Source: an uncultured Algoriphagus sp. (lineage in GTDB: Bacteria > Bacteroidota > Bacteroidia > Cytophagales > Cyclobacteriaceae). From it: DNA of 64,000 bases. Each line of letters opens with the position of its first letter. Position 1 is the stretch's first letter. Location of the stretch: NCBI RefSeq assembly GCF_963974835.1, contig NZ_CAXBET010000009.1, positions 103,424-167,423 of the forward strand, given 5' to 3'. Positions 31,074 to 40,644 of the stretch are shown here, piece after piece. The notes below the pieces were generated by a model, which had not been told where the DNA came from, did no database searches, and worked only from the letters and a program-made list of their open reading frames with translations. The translations under genes were made by a program, and so were the position numbers.

Positions 31074-31592
31074 ATGAGCCTAAAGAAATTTGCAAGAGAG
31101 TCCGCAGTGATCATGACCGAAATGGTCCTTCCAAATGATACTAATACACTTAACAACCTCATGGGAGGTAAACTAATGCATTGGATGGATGTGGTTGCTG
31201 CCATTGCTGCACAAAAACACTCTAACAGCATAGTAGTGACTGCTTCTGCAGATAATATTTCCTTCCAGGAACCTATCGCCCTTGGTAATGTAGTTACCCT
31301 TAAAGCTCAGGTAACCCGTGCTTTCAACTCTTCCATGGAGGTTTTCATAGAAGTGACAGCGGAAGACATCCCTGCTAATAAAAAGGTAATGACCCACAGA
31401 GCCTTTTTCACTTTTGTGGCTGTTAATGAGAACAATAAACCATCTAGAATTCCTGAGTTAGTTCCAGAAACTCCAGAGGAAATTGAAAACTACGAAGGAG
31501 CATTAAGAAGAAGACAACTCAGACTTGTATTGGCAAAAAGAATGAAACCAGAAGATGCTGTTGAGCTGAAGTCAATTTTCAATATGGATTGA
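31074..31592 (+). CDS. Acyl-CoA thioesterase (hotdog fold)
   Basis: LPNDTNTLNNLMGGKLMHWMD, VVTAS; -7 box TATTTTTG at 31051-31058 supports ATG 31074. Confidence 0.92.
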   Translation: MSLKKFARESAVIMTEMVLPNDTNTLNNLMGGKLMHWMDVVAAIAAQKHSNSIVVTASADNISFQEPIALGNVVTLKAQVTRAFNSSMEVFIEVTAEDIPANKKVMTHRAFFTFVAVNENNKPSRIPELVPETPEEIENYEGALRRRQLRLVLAKRMKPEDAVELKSIFNMD

Positions 31593-31617
31593 CCAAACGA
31601 AAGCAAATTAAATATTC

Positions 31618-31650
31618 GAGGGGTAATTGAGATATTGCCCCTCTTTTTTT
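31618..31650 (+). terminator. Intrinsic terminator after the thioesterase
   Basis: GAGGGGTAAT-TGAGAT-ATTGCCCCTC plus T7. Confidence 0.85.
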
Positions 31651-31681
31651 GTGTTAAGGCGAATTTTAAGCAATTTCCGAC

Positions 31682-32257
31682 ATGGAAAATATGAGCATTC
31701 AAGAGCTCCAACATATCATTACCGAAGATCTTTTCTTCTTCGAAAAAGAACTTAAAGCCGATCAGGGAAAACAGGATTCAAATCATTCAGTTGAGACAGA
31801 AAAACCAAAGACTCTTCCGAAAACAGTGCATTTGACAACCTCCACACCTTCCACCGAAGAAATAAAACTTGAGCCTTTAAAAGTGAGGGGGAATTTCGAA
31901 AAAGGAATTTTAGTTCTTCATGAAGAAGCTGAACTGAAGAGCGAGGTAATGGATATGCTGGTTAAAATGATTAATGCGGTTGGCCATTCGATGAATGAAG
32001 TTGGGCTACTTTCTTCCAAAGAATTGGAAGGCAGGACCCTCACTGAACTTTATGATCTGAATGCTCACATCGTTCTTAAGTTCGGCCGTCTAAAACACCC
32101 GATAAATGCATTGCCGGCATCCGACTATCAGATCCATATGGAAAAGGAAACTGAATACCTTTTTGCAGATGCGCTTACCACTATTTCAGAAGATAAAGTT
32201 CTTAAAGGAAAACTTTGGAATACCCTTAAAATATTATTTAACATAGCTAAAAAATAA
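31682..32257 (+). CDS. Hypothetical protein, possibly DNA polymerase III psi (HolD)-like of Bacteroidota
   Basis: Clean 191-aa ORF. The layout (low-complexity linker, then MLVKMINAVG...IVLKFG...KGKLWNTLK) resembles that family from memory only. Confidence 0.55.
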   Translation: MENMSIQELQHIITEDLFFFEKELKADQGKQDSNHSVETEKPKTLPKTVHLTTSTPSTEEIKLEPLKVRGNFEKGILVLHEEAELKSEVMDMLVKMINAVGHSMNEVGLLSSKELEGRTLTELYDLNAHIVLKFGRLKHPINALPASDYQIHMEKETEYLFADALTTISEDKVLKGKLWNTLKILFNIAKK

Positions 32258-32574
32258 TGAGTCTAACTCCCCAACAACATACCTGGGCAAAACGATTTCG
32301 ATGGATTTCACTTATTGAAGGTACTTCAACGTTAGTTTTATTTTTCATTGCTATGCCTTTGAAATACATGTGGGACTATCCGATGGCTGTTACATATGTA
32401 GGATCGATTCATGGAGCTCTATTCCTTATTTACATCTGCATGGTTTTCCCTACAGCTCATAATTTAAAATGGAATTTCAGCAGAACATTCTTTGCAATCA
32501 TTGCTTCAATTCTGCCATTTGGACCTTTTATTTTTGATAGAAACCTGAAGAAAAGTCAAAAAGTGGAATTGTAG
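32257..32574 (+). CDS. DUF3817 membrane protein
   Basis: RWISLIEGTSTLVLFFIAMPLKY, GSIHGALF, ASILPFGPFIFD. Confidence 0.85.
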   Translation: MSLTPQQHTWAKRFRWISLIEGTSTLVLFFIAMPLKYMWDYPMAVTYVGSIHGALFLIYICMVFPTAHNLKWNFSRTFFAIIASILPFGPFIFDRNLKKSQKVEL

Positions 32575-32577
32575 CAT

Positions 32578-33600
32578 ATGGCCTTAATCAGTAAAAAGAA
32601 GCGAATCTATCCTATCAGCAATGGACTGAGACGCTATCTGATTAAATATTCCCGTGAAGTAGATATCCCTATCCACTATCACGAATTGCTTCGCTATTCT
32701 AGTTCTATCGCACTATATGATTCCAAAGAACAAGACACGCTTTGGGAAACGGTATTCTACGACCAATCTGACCGTGAGGAAATCCACCTAAATGTCAAAA
32801 AGATCTATGCATTACTGAAAGCCGGTGGAGATATGTCGGTAATGGAGCACCTGTATGTTGACCGGATAGACTTGTGCGTCTATGGAAATACTCAGCCGTT
32901 TCGAGTACGCATCGTGAATAGAATCAACGATAATTTTGATTACTTCTATGTGAAAAACGCTGATGCATCACGCGTTTATGGGCTTGAGTTTGAGCATTTA
33001 CTTTCACCCAATAGGATTTCCTATTTAGTTCATCAAAACACACTAATAGAGGAACATATAGCGGGCATTCCTGGTGACAAATTCATGCGAGCGCACATGA
33101 CTGATCCTCATCTGAATCCCATTCGATTAGCGAAGGAATTCGTCAAATTCAACGAGCGTTGCTTTGTGAGATTATTGGGTGATATGCATTCATCCAACTT
33201 TGTGATTGATGTCACACCGGACTTTGAAGAGACGCATTATAGAATTCGCGCGATTGATTTTGATCAGCAATCCTACGAGGGAAAAAAATCCATTTACCTA
33301 CCCCAATATTTCAAGGAAAACAATGTGCTTATTCAATTGGGCATGAAATACATCACCCCTGAGTCCATGGTGCAATACCAGAAAGAAGAGCGTGCATTAA
33401 TCGCTACACGACTCAAATCTTCCCGGCAAGGCATCCTCGATATTTTGCGCTCCATGGAGCACGACACGATTTCCTTACCGGAAAATATTGCCTCTTTAAA
33501 AATCGACTTAGCGAAACATTATGGAAATGATAAGTTCCTGGAATGCAAAAGCATGGGTCAAATCATGAAAACAAGCCTTGAGGAACTTATCAAGAAATAA
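32578..33600 (+). CDS. Conserved hypothetical protein with protein-kinase-like (APH/choline kinase-type) motifs
   Basis: FYVK (beta3 Lys), LIEEHI hinge, LGDMHSSN catalytic loop, RAIDFD Mg-binding loop. Confidence 0.7.
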   Translation: MALISKKKRIYPISNGLRRYLIKYSREVDIPIHYHELLRYSSSIALYDSKEQDTLWETVFYDQSDREEIHLNVKKIYALLKAGGDMSVMEHLYVDRIDLCVYGNTQPFRVRIVNRINDNFDYFYVKNADASRVYGLEFEHLLSPNRISYLVHQNTLIEEHIAGIPGDKFMRAHMTDPHLNPIRLAKEFVKFNERCFVRLLGDMHSSNFVIDVTPDFEETHYRIRAIDFDQQSYEGKKSIYLPQYFKENNVLIQLGMKYITPESMVQYQKEERALIATRLKSSRQGILDILRSMEHDTISLPENIASLKIDLAKHYGNDKFLECKSMGQIMKTSLEELIKK

Positions 33601-33606
33601 TCGACT

Positions 33607-34467
33607 TTACTTTATCAATCTTCTCAAGTAACCACCATAGCCACTTTTTCCTAATTTATCAGCAGCTTCAAGTAGCTTTTCTTCCCCTATAAACCCAGCT
33701 CTGTAGGCGATTTCTTCTATACAACCGATCTTCAAGCCTTGACGCTCCTCGATTACCTCCACAAATTGGGCGGCTTGCAAAAGAGACTGATGCGTGCCGG
33801 TATCGAGCCAGGCAGTTCCCCTATTTAGGATAGCAACTTGCAGCTCGCCCATTTTAAGATACTCAGTATTGATATCTGTGATTTCGAGTTCACCGCGCGG
33901 ACTTGGTTTGATTTTCTTCGCAATTTCGACTACTCTGTTATCGTAAAAGTAAAGCCCAGGAACAGCAAAATTTGATTTAGGGTTTTCAGGCTTTTCTTCT
34001 ATACTTATTGCCTTCTGGTTTTCGTCAAATTCCACCACCCCGTATCGCTCAGGATCATTGACATGGTAGGCAAATACTACTCCTCCCTTTGGATTTGTGT
34101 GCTCCTTCAATGTATTGTGAAGACCAGAACCATAAAATATATTATCTCCCAAGATCAGAGCTACCTCATCGCCTCCGATGAATTTTTCTCCGATAATAAA
34201 TGCCTGCGCCAATCCATCTGGGCTTGGTTGTACAGCATATTCAAATCTACATCCAACCTGTGATCCATCGCCCAAAAGTCGCTGAAATGCCTCGCTATCG
34301 TCTGGGGTCGTAATAATCAGTACTTCCTTGATCCCCGCCATCATCAATACAGATAGTGGATAATAGATCATTGGTTTGTCATAAACCGGCATCAACTGCT
34401 TACTTACCGAAATGGTCAAAGGATATAGACGAGTTCCAGACCCACCGGCCAAAATAATTCCCTTCAT
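33607..34467 (-). CDS. rfbA: Glucose-1-phosphate thymidylyltransferase
   Basis: [48 protein letters not shown]. Confidence 0.97.
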   Translation of the reverse strand: MKGIILAGGSGTRLYPLTISVSKQLMPVYDKPMIYYPLSVLMMAGIKEVLIITTPDDSEAFQRLLGDGSQVGCRFEYAVQPSPDGLAQAFIIGEKFIGGDEVALILGDNIFYGSGLHNTLKEHTNPKGGVVFAYHVNDPERYGVVEFDENQKAISIEEKPENPKSNFAVPGLYFYDNRVVEIAKKIKPSPRGELEITDINTEYLKMGELQVAILNRGTAWLDTGTHQSLLQAAQFVEVIEERQGLKIGCIEEIAYRAGFIGEEKLLEAADKLGKSGYGGYLRRLIK

Positions 34468-34660
34468 ATTTTTTATTGTATAAATTTCAATTTTAAGACT
34501 TCTGTTACTTCCAAAAATGAATCCAACTATCTCAATACCTGAATCGGTAATTTATCAGATAAGGAAATAGCAAACTGGGCTAATCTGAGGTAAAAGATAG
34601 AAAATAGCGTTAGATTAAGGCTTAAATCTACTGAAAGGGCGAAAATTAAAAAAATAAGAT

Positions 34661-35025
34661 ACGAAAACAGTGATTGTTCCTTTAGGAATGCGAAGCGATA
34701 TGGAATCTTTTTTAGCTCAGACAGAGATTTAAGCTGGAGCGGGACACAAAGTTATTTGTTTATGTACATAGCAATTCAGAGCAACAGTTTCCCAACTTGG
34801 GTATGAGTTCATCGAGTTTGCTTAAGGTTTATAAGAAACGCTGGAAACCCAAAGTGGAAAAACCATTATAGATAGCTGTAAAAATGCTTGGAAGAAACTT
34901 AATAGTTTTTTCAAACTGGCAAAGATAAATTTGAGACAGCTTTGAAGGACTTTTGTATAAAACCTAAATATGACGAAAATGCTTTTAAAGTTGCCACCAA
35001 GATGGAAAGTGAAGTAAAATGATAA
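34661..35025 (+). pseudogene. Collapsed remnant of a GT1/GT28-type (UDP-sugar:small-molecule) glycosyltransferase
   Basis: Frame from ACG 34661 reads (T)KTVIVPLGMRSDMESFLAQTEI*AGAGHKVICLCT*QFRATVSQLGYEF..., a decayed 'GTRGDxxPF...L...GHEV...F' GT-B start with several stops. It is followed by a C-terminal-like KPKYDENAFKVATKMESEVK**. Confidence 0.65.
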
Positions 35026-35064
35026 AACATCCTAAAACTTGTTATCAATCAAAAATTTAATTGA

Positions 35065-36552
35065 ATGAATCTTAATAACTCAGTTTTCCTAGTATTTTTT
35101 GCGATGGTAATCGCAAGTTGCCAATCAGATCCTGAAGTCAATTTTGAATCTCAGGTGACAGAGGAGTATAGGCCAGCCTACCACTTTACCCCCGAATCTG
35201 GCTGGATGAATGATCCAAATGGACTAACCTACCTTAATGGAGAATACCATCTATTTTACCAGCATTATCCTGACAGCACTGTTTGGGGACCTATGCATTG
35301 GGGACATGCCGTTTCTACCGATTTAGTAAATTGGGAGGATTTGCCCATAGCCCTATATCCAGATAGTCTAGGTTACATTTTCTCCGGAAGCGCTGTATAT
35401 GATGCTGAAAATAGTTCGGGATTAGGAACAGCTGAAAATCCTCCCATGGTAGCAATCTTCACCTATCACAATGCTGAGGAAGCAAATACCTCCTCCTATA
35501 CATTCCAAAATCAAGCAATAGCATTTTCCCTGGACAAAGGCAGAACATGGGATAAATACGATAAAAATCCTGTCCTACAAAACCCAGGAATTCGTGATTT
35601 CCGCGATCCTAAAGTTTCCCAAATCACAAATCCAGACGGCACAAAATCCTGGATAATGACTCTCGCGGTGCTAGACCATATTAATTTTTACAGTTCCCCT
35701 GATTTAATTAACTGGTCTTTGATTGGTGAGTTTGGAAATACTATTGGTGCGCATGGTGGAGTTTGGGAATGTCCAGATCTGCTGCCTTTCAAAACACCAT
35801 CGGGAGAAAATAAATGGGTATTGCTAGTGAGCATAAATCCAGGTGGGCCTCAGAATGGATCCGCTACACAATATTTCATTGGAGATTTTGAGGATGGTCA
35901 ATTCACTCCAGACGACACGATGATTCGATGGATTGACTATGGACCGGATAATTATGCCGGAGTTACTTATAGCAACCTTCCCACTGAGCAAAATAGAACT
36001 CTTTTCATTGGATGGATGAGTAATTGGATTTATGCCAATCAAGTACCTACAAAGGTTTGGAGATCAGCAATGACAGTTCCCAGAGAGCTAAGTTTATTTG
36101 ACATTGATGGCACCTTGCTTCTAAAATCTGCGCCTGCTAAAGAACTTACTGATCTAAGAGAAAAAGAGTATGGAGTAAAGGATAGAAACTCTGGTTTACC
36201 ATCAGAGGCGTTCGAAATTACGGCAGAGACTAAATCTGATTTTTTTAAGATTTCGTTCTCAAATGAAACAGGCGACAGTTTATTTGTCTCCAAAGAAAAT
36301 GGTTTGGTAAGTATTGATCGTAGAGGTGCGGGTGAAAGTAATTTCAACAAAGACTTTTCTGCTATTCACTCTGCTCCCATGAGCTGGGAAGCAAAAGACA
36401 TAAGAATATTTATGGATGCTGCCTCCATTGAATTATTCGTAAATGACGGTGAGTTAGTGATGACTTCTATAGTATTTCCATCAAGTCCTTGGAAAAATGT
36501 AGCTGTTTCAGAAAACCTCAATTCCTTAAAAATTTATAATTTGAAAAAATAA
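35065..36552 (+). CDS. GH32 beta-fructofuranosidase/levanase, lipoprotein
   Basis: WMNDPNG nucleophile, FRDPKV and WECPD motifs; lipobox IAS-C. Confidence 0.93.
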   Translation: MNLNNSVFLVFFAMVIASCQSDPEVNFESQVTEEYRPAYHFTPESGWMNDPNGLTYLNGEYHLFYQHYPDSTVWGPMHWGHAVSTDLVNWEDLPIALYPDSLGYIFSGSAVYDAENSSGLGTAENPPMVAIFTYHNAEEANTSSYTFQNQAIAFSLDKGRTWDKYDKNPVLQNPGIRDFRDPKVSQITNPDGTKSWIMTLAVLDHINFYSSPDLINWSLIGEFGNTIGAHGGVWECPDLLPFKTPSGENKWVLLVSINPGGPQNGSATQYFIGDFEDGQFTPDDTMIRWIDYGPDNYAGVTYSNLPTEQNRTLFIGWMSNWIYANQVPTKVWRSAMTVPRELSLFDIDGTLLLKSAPAKELTDLREKEYGVKDRNSGLPSEAFEITAETKSDFFKISFSNETGDSLFVSKENGLVSIDRRGAGESNFNKDFSAIHSAPMSWEAKDIRIFMDAASIELFVNDGELVMTSIVFPSSPWKNVAVSENLNSLKIYNLKK

Positions 36553-36615
36553 GGACGTCATACTATTGACATCTCATATTATTTTGGTTTAAATTAGTAT
36601 GTTAACCGATAAAAA

Positions 36616-36960
36616 ATGAAAAAGCATTTTTCACTCCTTATACTATCCATTAGTTGGATCTTATGGTTTGTAGCTGTTTTTACATTTCCTGTCTCTATTG
36701 TTTCTACCAATATTGACTACACACATGATTCGATTTCGAATCTTGAACAAGTTGCAAAAATTCAATTTAACGCTGCTCCAGAATTACTGGAAATCCCTGA
36801 ATTCAAGATTGATTGGAGCTTAAATGCCAAGCTTAACCCTGAATGGTATTTTGACTTTCTAAGCCCTTTTAAAGTATACTTAGCTTCTTCATTTTTCAAG
36901 AAATCGATTCCACTTTTTGACGTTAAGGACACTTTCATCCATTTTTATTACACCTGGTAA
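36616..36960 (+). CDS. Hypothetical protein with N-terminal TM/signal segment and aromatic C-terminus
   Basis: 114-aa ORF with A-rich initiation context; hydrophobic residues 6-28; ends TFIHFYYTW. Confidence 0.65.
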   Translation: MKKHFSLLILSISWILWFVAVFTFPVSIVSTNIDYTHDSISNLEQVAKIQFNAAPELLEIPEFKIDWSLNAKLNPEWYFDFLSPFKVYLASSFFKKSIPLFDVKDTFIHFYYTW

Positions 36961-37027
36961 AACAGAATAGAAACCCACGCTGTGATCCCAAAATCACAAT
37001 TCATCTATTCAATTTAACCACACTCCT

Positions 37028-37522
37028 ATGATCTCCATTGATCCTATCACACTTGCTGTGTCATCATTTGCTATGATGGCGTCTGCATCGCCATTCATCT
37101 ACTACAGCTACAAACTAAAAAAAATCAGGAATGAAAATCTGGCAACATTTGAAGAATTTTCCACTTCAAATAACGTCATTCCTACTCTGCACGAACGCTG
37201 GAGAAACCATTACCATTTGGGTTTGGATAGCCAATTCAAAAAGTTGATCTACCATAGGTTTGGCAGCTATCCTGAGCAAAGTGTCATAGACCTCAAAGAG
37301 GTAAACAAGGTAAGCATACAGGAAAAAATCCGCAGAGTTCAAGTAGGAAACGAGAAACGCTACATTCTAGATTTTCTAGCCTTACAGTTTCATTTTAAAG
37401 ACATATCGCATTCTCCAAAGACGATAGAAATTTACGACGGTGAATTATTCACTAGTGTAGCGGGAGAACGCGGTATTGCTGAAAAGTGGCAAAAAATACT
37501 TGAGAATAATCTTAAAGATTGA
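37028..37522 (+). CDS. Hypothetical membrane-anchored protein
   Basis: 164-aa ORF with N-terminal TM (ITLAVSSFAMMASASPFIYY). Confidence 0.75.
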   Translation: MISIDPITLAVSSFAMMASASPFIYYSYKLKKIRNENLATFEEFSTSNNVIPTLHERWRNHYHLGLDSQFKKLIYHRFGSYPEQSVIDLKEVNKVSIQEKIRRVQVGNEKRYILDFLALQFHFKDISHSPKTIEIYDGELFTSVAGERGIAEKWQKILENNLKD

Positions 37523-37569
37523 ATTAATTAGCAAAGAATACTTTTATCAGATTGGTTTTATTGGTTATA

Positions 37570-37600
37570 AAAGACTCAGTAAAGTAACTGGGTCTTTTTT
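37570..37600 (+). terminator. Intrinsic terminator
   Basis: AAAGACTCAGT-AAAGTA-ACTGGGTCTTT plus TTT. Confidence 0.8.
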
Positions 37601-37675
37601 CTTATACGAGCTACTTTGTCTTATTTTAAAATAGAAAAATTTGTAATATTAAAAACGTCAAACTTTATCAACGAA

Positions 37676-38110
37676 ATGTCAGACACACCTATTCATAAAG
37701 AGTATTCCAACGGAGAATTAACTATCACTTGGAAACCTCATAAATGTATACATTCCAAAAACTGCGTTTCCGGATTGCCTTCAGTTTTTGATTTTGAAAG
37801 AAGACCTTGGGTCAATGCAAAAGGAGCAAGTACGGAGGAAATTGTCAAGCAAATAGATAAGTGTCCAAGTGGAGCTCTTGGTTATTATTTCAAAGAGCAA
37901 AAAGAAACAAGTTCCGGTAATGTGATGTCAGAGCAATTGGTGGAAGTCATTGCCAATGGTCCGCTGATGGTTTACGGAAATCTCCAAGTTAAACTTCCTG
38001 ATGGACACATAAAAAACCAAAGTAAAGTCTCAGCTTTTTGTAGATGTGGATCTAGCCAAAACAAGCCGTTTTGTGATGGTACCCATAAGAAAATTAACTT
38101 CCAAGGCTAA
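37676..38110 (+). CDS. Fer4_19-type ferredoxin domain + CDGSH iron-sulfur domain protein
   Basis: KCIHSKNC...KCPSGAL; CRCGSSQNKPFCDGTH (CDGSH consensus); ATG 37676 preferred. Confidence 0.88.
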   Translation: MSDTPIHKEYSNGELTITWKPHKCIHSKNCVSGLPSVFDFERRPWVNAKGASTEEIVKQIDKCPSGALGYYFKEQKETSSGNVMSEQLVEVIANGPLMVYGNLQVKLPDGHIKNQSKVSAFCRCGSSQNKPFCDGTHKKINFQG

Positions 38111-38121
38111 AGCCTAAATAC

Positions 38122-38682
38122 ATGCGTAAAGTACTCGTTCTTTTTGCTCATCCTAAATTTGAGCATTCTGAAGCAAATCAAGCTTTAATCCAGGCTGCTA
38201 ATGGATTGGAAAATGTGGAAATCAGGGATTTATATGAACTCTATCCTGATTTTAACATTTCAATTCAGGATGAGCAGGAGGCACTTTTTGAAGCTCAAGT
38301 AGTCATCTGGCATCATCCCATTTATTGGTACTCCTGCCCTCCTCTTATGAAGCAATGGATAGATCTGGTCCTGGAGTTTGGTTGGGCATATGGTCCTGGT
38401 GGGATTTACCTGAAGGGCAAGCATATTCTAAATGCTATTACTTCAGGTGGATCTCAAGAAGCCTACCAATATGAAGGCAAAAATAATTATAAGATTGAGG
38501 ATTTCCTTCGACCATTTGAGCAAACAGCCAGACTTTGCCACATGAACTATTTGGCACCATTCCATGTAGCTGGAACTTATAAAATTTCGGACTCTGAACT
38601 CATTAGAAAAGCAGATTCTTACAGAGAATTATTACTCAACCTTCGGGATAATGATGATCTTACCCCCTACCAAAACCGCTAA
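38122..38682 (+). CDS. kefF: KefF/KefG-type flavodoxin-like NAD(P)H oxidoreductase
   Basis: LFAHP, DLYELYPDF, HPIYWYSCPPLMKQWID, EDFLRPFEQTA. Confidence 0.88.
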   Translation: MRKVLVLFAHPKFEHSEANQALIQAANGLENVEIRDLYELYPDFNISIQDEQEALFEAQVVIWHHPIYWYSCPPLMKQWIDLVLEFGWAYGPGGIYLKGKHILNAITSGGSQEAYQYEGKNNYKIEDFLRPFEQTARLCHMNYLAPFHVAGTYKISDSELIRKADSYRELLLNLRDNDDLTPYQNR

Positions 38683-38693
38683 AATGTAAGCTT

Positions 38694-40586
38694 ATGAATG
38701 GATTTTTAGCAAACGCAATCTTATATATTTTAGCAGCAATCATTTGCGTTCCGGTTGCCAAAAAGCTTGGAATGGGCTCTGTATTAGGGTATCTAATTGC
38801 AGGAATTTTAATTGGCCCCTACCTACTTGGCTTTATCACCAATGAAGGTCAAGGTCAGGATATCATGCACGCTACGGAGTTTGGAGTAGTTATGATGCTG
38901 TTCTTGATTGGACTGGAATTGGAACCCAAAAATCTGTGGAAAATGCGTCAGCTCATTCTTCAGGTGGGTTTGAGTCAGGTATTGGTCACTTCTGCCTTAG
39001 TATTTGGGATTGGGTTATTGCTCGATGTACGCTGGCAAATATCGCTTGCTGCCGGGCTTTCCACTGCGCTATCATCCACCGCTATAGTCTTGCAATCTCT
39101 CAAAGAAAAAAATCAAATGAACAGTCCGAATGGTAAGCTTTCATTTGGAGTTTTATTGATGCAGGACGTCGCAGTAATACCTATTTTAGCGCTGTTACCC
39201 CTTTTGATTTTCGGAGAGGTTGCTACTGTTGCGACCGAAACTTCTGGAATGCATGGCCTTATAGATAATCTTCCAGGTTGGGTACAGACGTTATCTATCT
39301 TTGCAGCTATAGGAATAGTTGTTCTTCTCGGAATGTTTGGGTTTGGTCCACTTTTAAACTGGGTAGCAAAGACTAGGCAGAGAGAATTATTCACAGCTTC
39401 TGCATTATTGATAGTGGTTGGGATCTCCTATCTGATGGAACTGGTAGGCCTTAGTCCAGCACTGGGAGCTTTTCTAGCAGGCGTAATATTAGCAAACTCT
39501 CCTTACCGACATGCTCTTGAATCCGATTTAGAACCCTTTAAGGGACTACTTCTTGGTTTGTTTTTTATGGCTGTAGGTTCTACGATTAATTTCAGCTTGA
39601 TCATTTCAAATGCATCTACCATAGTATCTATTACTCTAGGGATTATTGTTTTGAAAACGATCATTTTGCTAGTAATTGGTAGAACCAAGAAGCTACGATT
39701 GACGAGTAATCTAAGCTTTGCAATAGGCCTTTCCCAGGTGGGTGAATTCTCCTTTGTCACCTATGCGTTCGCATTGCAATTGGGGATTTTTGACCAGTCA
39801 ATTTCTGACACCTTAATGGCTATAACGGCTCTGAGTATGACCATTACTCCTATTCTCATGGTGATTCTCGATAAGGCTATCATCCCACATATCAACAAAG
39901 CTGCCAAGACAATCGAAAAAGAAATGGATAAAATTGACGAGCACAATAAAGTCATTTTGGTAGGTTTTGGACACTTTGGATCAACTTTGGGGCGCTTTCT
40001 TAGAGCCAATGGAGTGGAAGCAACTATTTTGGATGCTGATCCGGATCGGGTTGATTACCTGAGGAAAATGGGTTTTAAAGTGTATTTCGGAGATGGAACA
40101 AGAGCCGAGTTACTTCAGTCTGCAGGTGCAGAGGACGCTTCCATTTTAATATCGGCACTTGACAATACTGAATACAGTCTTAGGCTAGTTGAGCTTTGCA
40201 AAGAGGAATTTCCTCATCTGGAAGTTATGATTCGAGCCAAAAACCGATATGATGCATTTGAGCTGATGGAAATGGGCGTGAAAAATATTTACAGAGAACA
40301 TCTGGATACATCTATTCGAATGGGAGAAGATGTGCTTAAGAAGCTTGGCTTCAGAGCTCATACCGTGCACCGTTTGGCTAAGCAATTTCGGGATTATGAC
40401 GAAAGTGCTTTGAAAGTGTTGGTGAATTTTAAGGATAACAAGGATGAATACATTTCTAAAAGCAGGCAGCAAATAGAAATGCAGGAAAGTCTGTTAAATG
40501 GAGAACTGATGAGGAAATTTTCTGTTAATGATCATACTTGGGATAGCGATTCTATCAAAGATGCAGCAAAATCAGAAAAAAAGTAA
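38694..40586 (+). CDS. kefC: KefB/KefC-type CPA2 K+/H+ antiporter with KTN domain
   Basis: EFGVVMMLFLIGLEL, RHALESDLEPFKGLLLGLFF, GFGHFG (KTN), YFGDGTR. Confidence 0.9.
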   Translation: MNGFLANAILYILAAIICVPVAKKLGMGSVLGYLIAGILIGPYLLGFITNEGQGQDIMHATEFGVVMMLFLIGLELEPKNLWKMRQLILQVGLSQVLVTSALVFGIGLLLDVRWQISLAAGLSTALSSTAIVLQSLKEKNQMNSPNGKLSFGVLLMQDVAVIPILALLPLLIFGEVATVATETSGMHGLIDNLPGWVQTLSIFAAIGIVVLLGMFGFGPLLNWVAKTRQRELFTASALLIVVGISYLMELVGLSPALGAFLAGVILANSPYRHALESDLEPFKGLLLGLFFMAVGSTINFSLIISNASTIVSITLGIIVLKTIILLVIGRTKKLRLTSNLSFAIGLSQVGEFSFVTYAFALQLGIFDQSISDTLMAITALSMTITPILMVILDKAIIPHINKAAKTIEKEMDKIDEHNKVILVGFGHFGSTLGRFLRANGVEATILDADPDRVDYLRKMGFKVYFGDGTRAELLQSAGAEDASILISALDNTEYSLRLVELCKEEFPHLEVMIRAKNRYDAFELMEMGVKNIYREHLDTSIRMGEDVLKKLGFRAHTVHRLAKQFRDYDESALKVLVNFKDNKDEYISKSRQQIEMQESLLNGELMRKFSVNDHTWDSDSIKDAAKSEKK

Positions 40587-40601
40587 AATCAAGTTAGGGT
40601 T

Positions 40602-40618
40602 ATTAAACAGTGTTTAAT
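40602..40618. promoter_or_regulatory. Perfect palindrome, putative TetR operator O1
   Basis: ATTAAACA-G-TGTTTAAT (8-1-8), 26 nt upstream of tetR. Confidence 0.75.
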
Positions 40619-40644
40619 TATATTTGACCGTTCACTGAAATATA

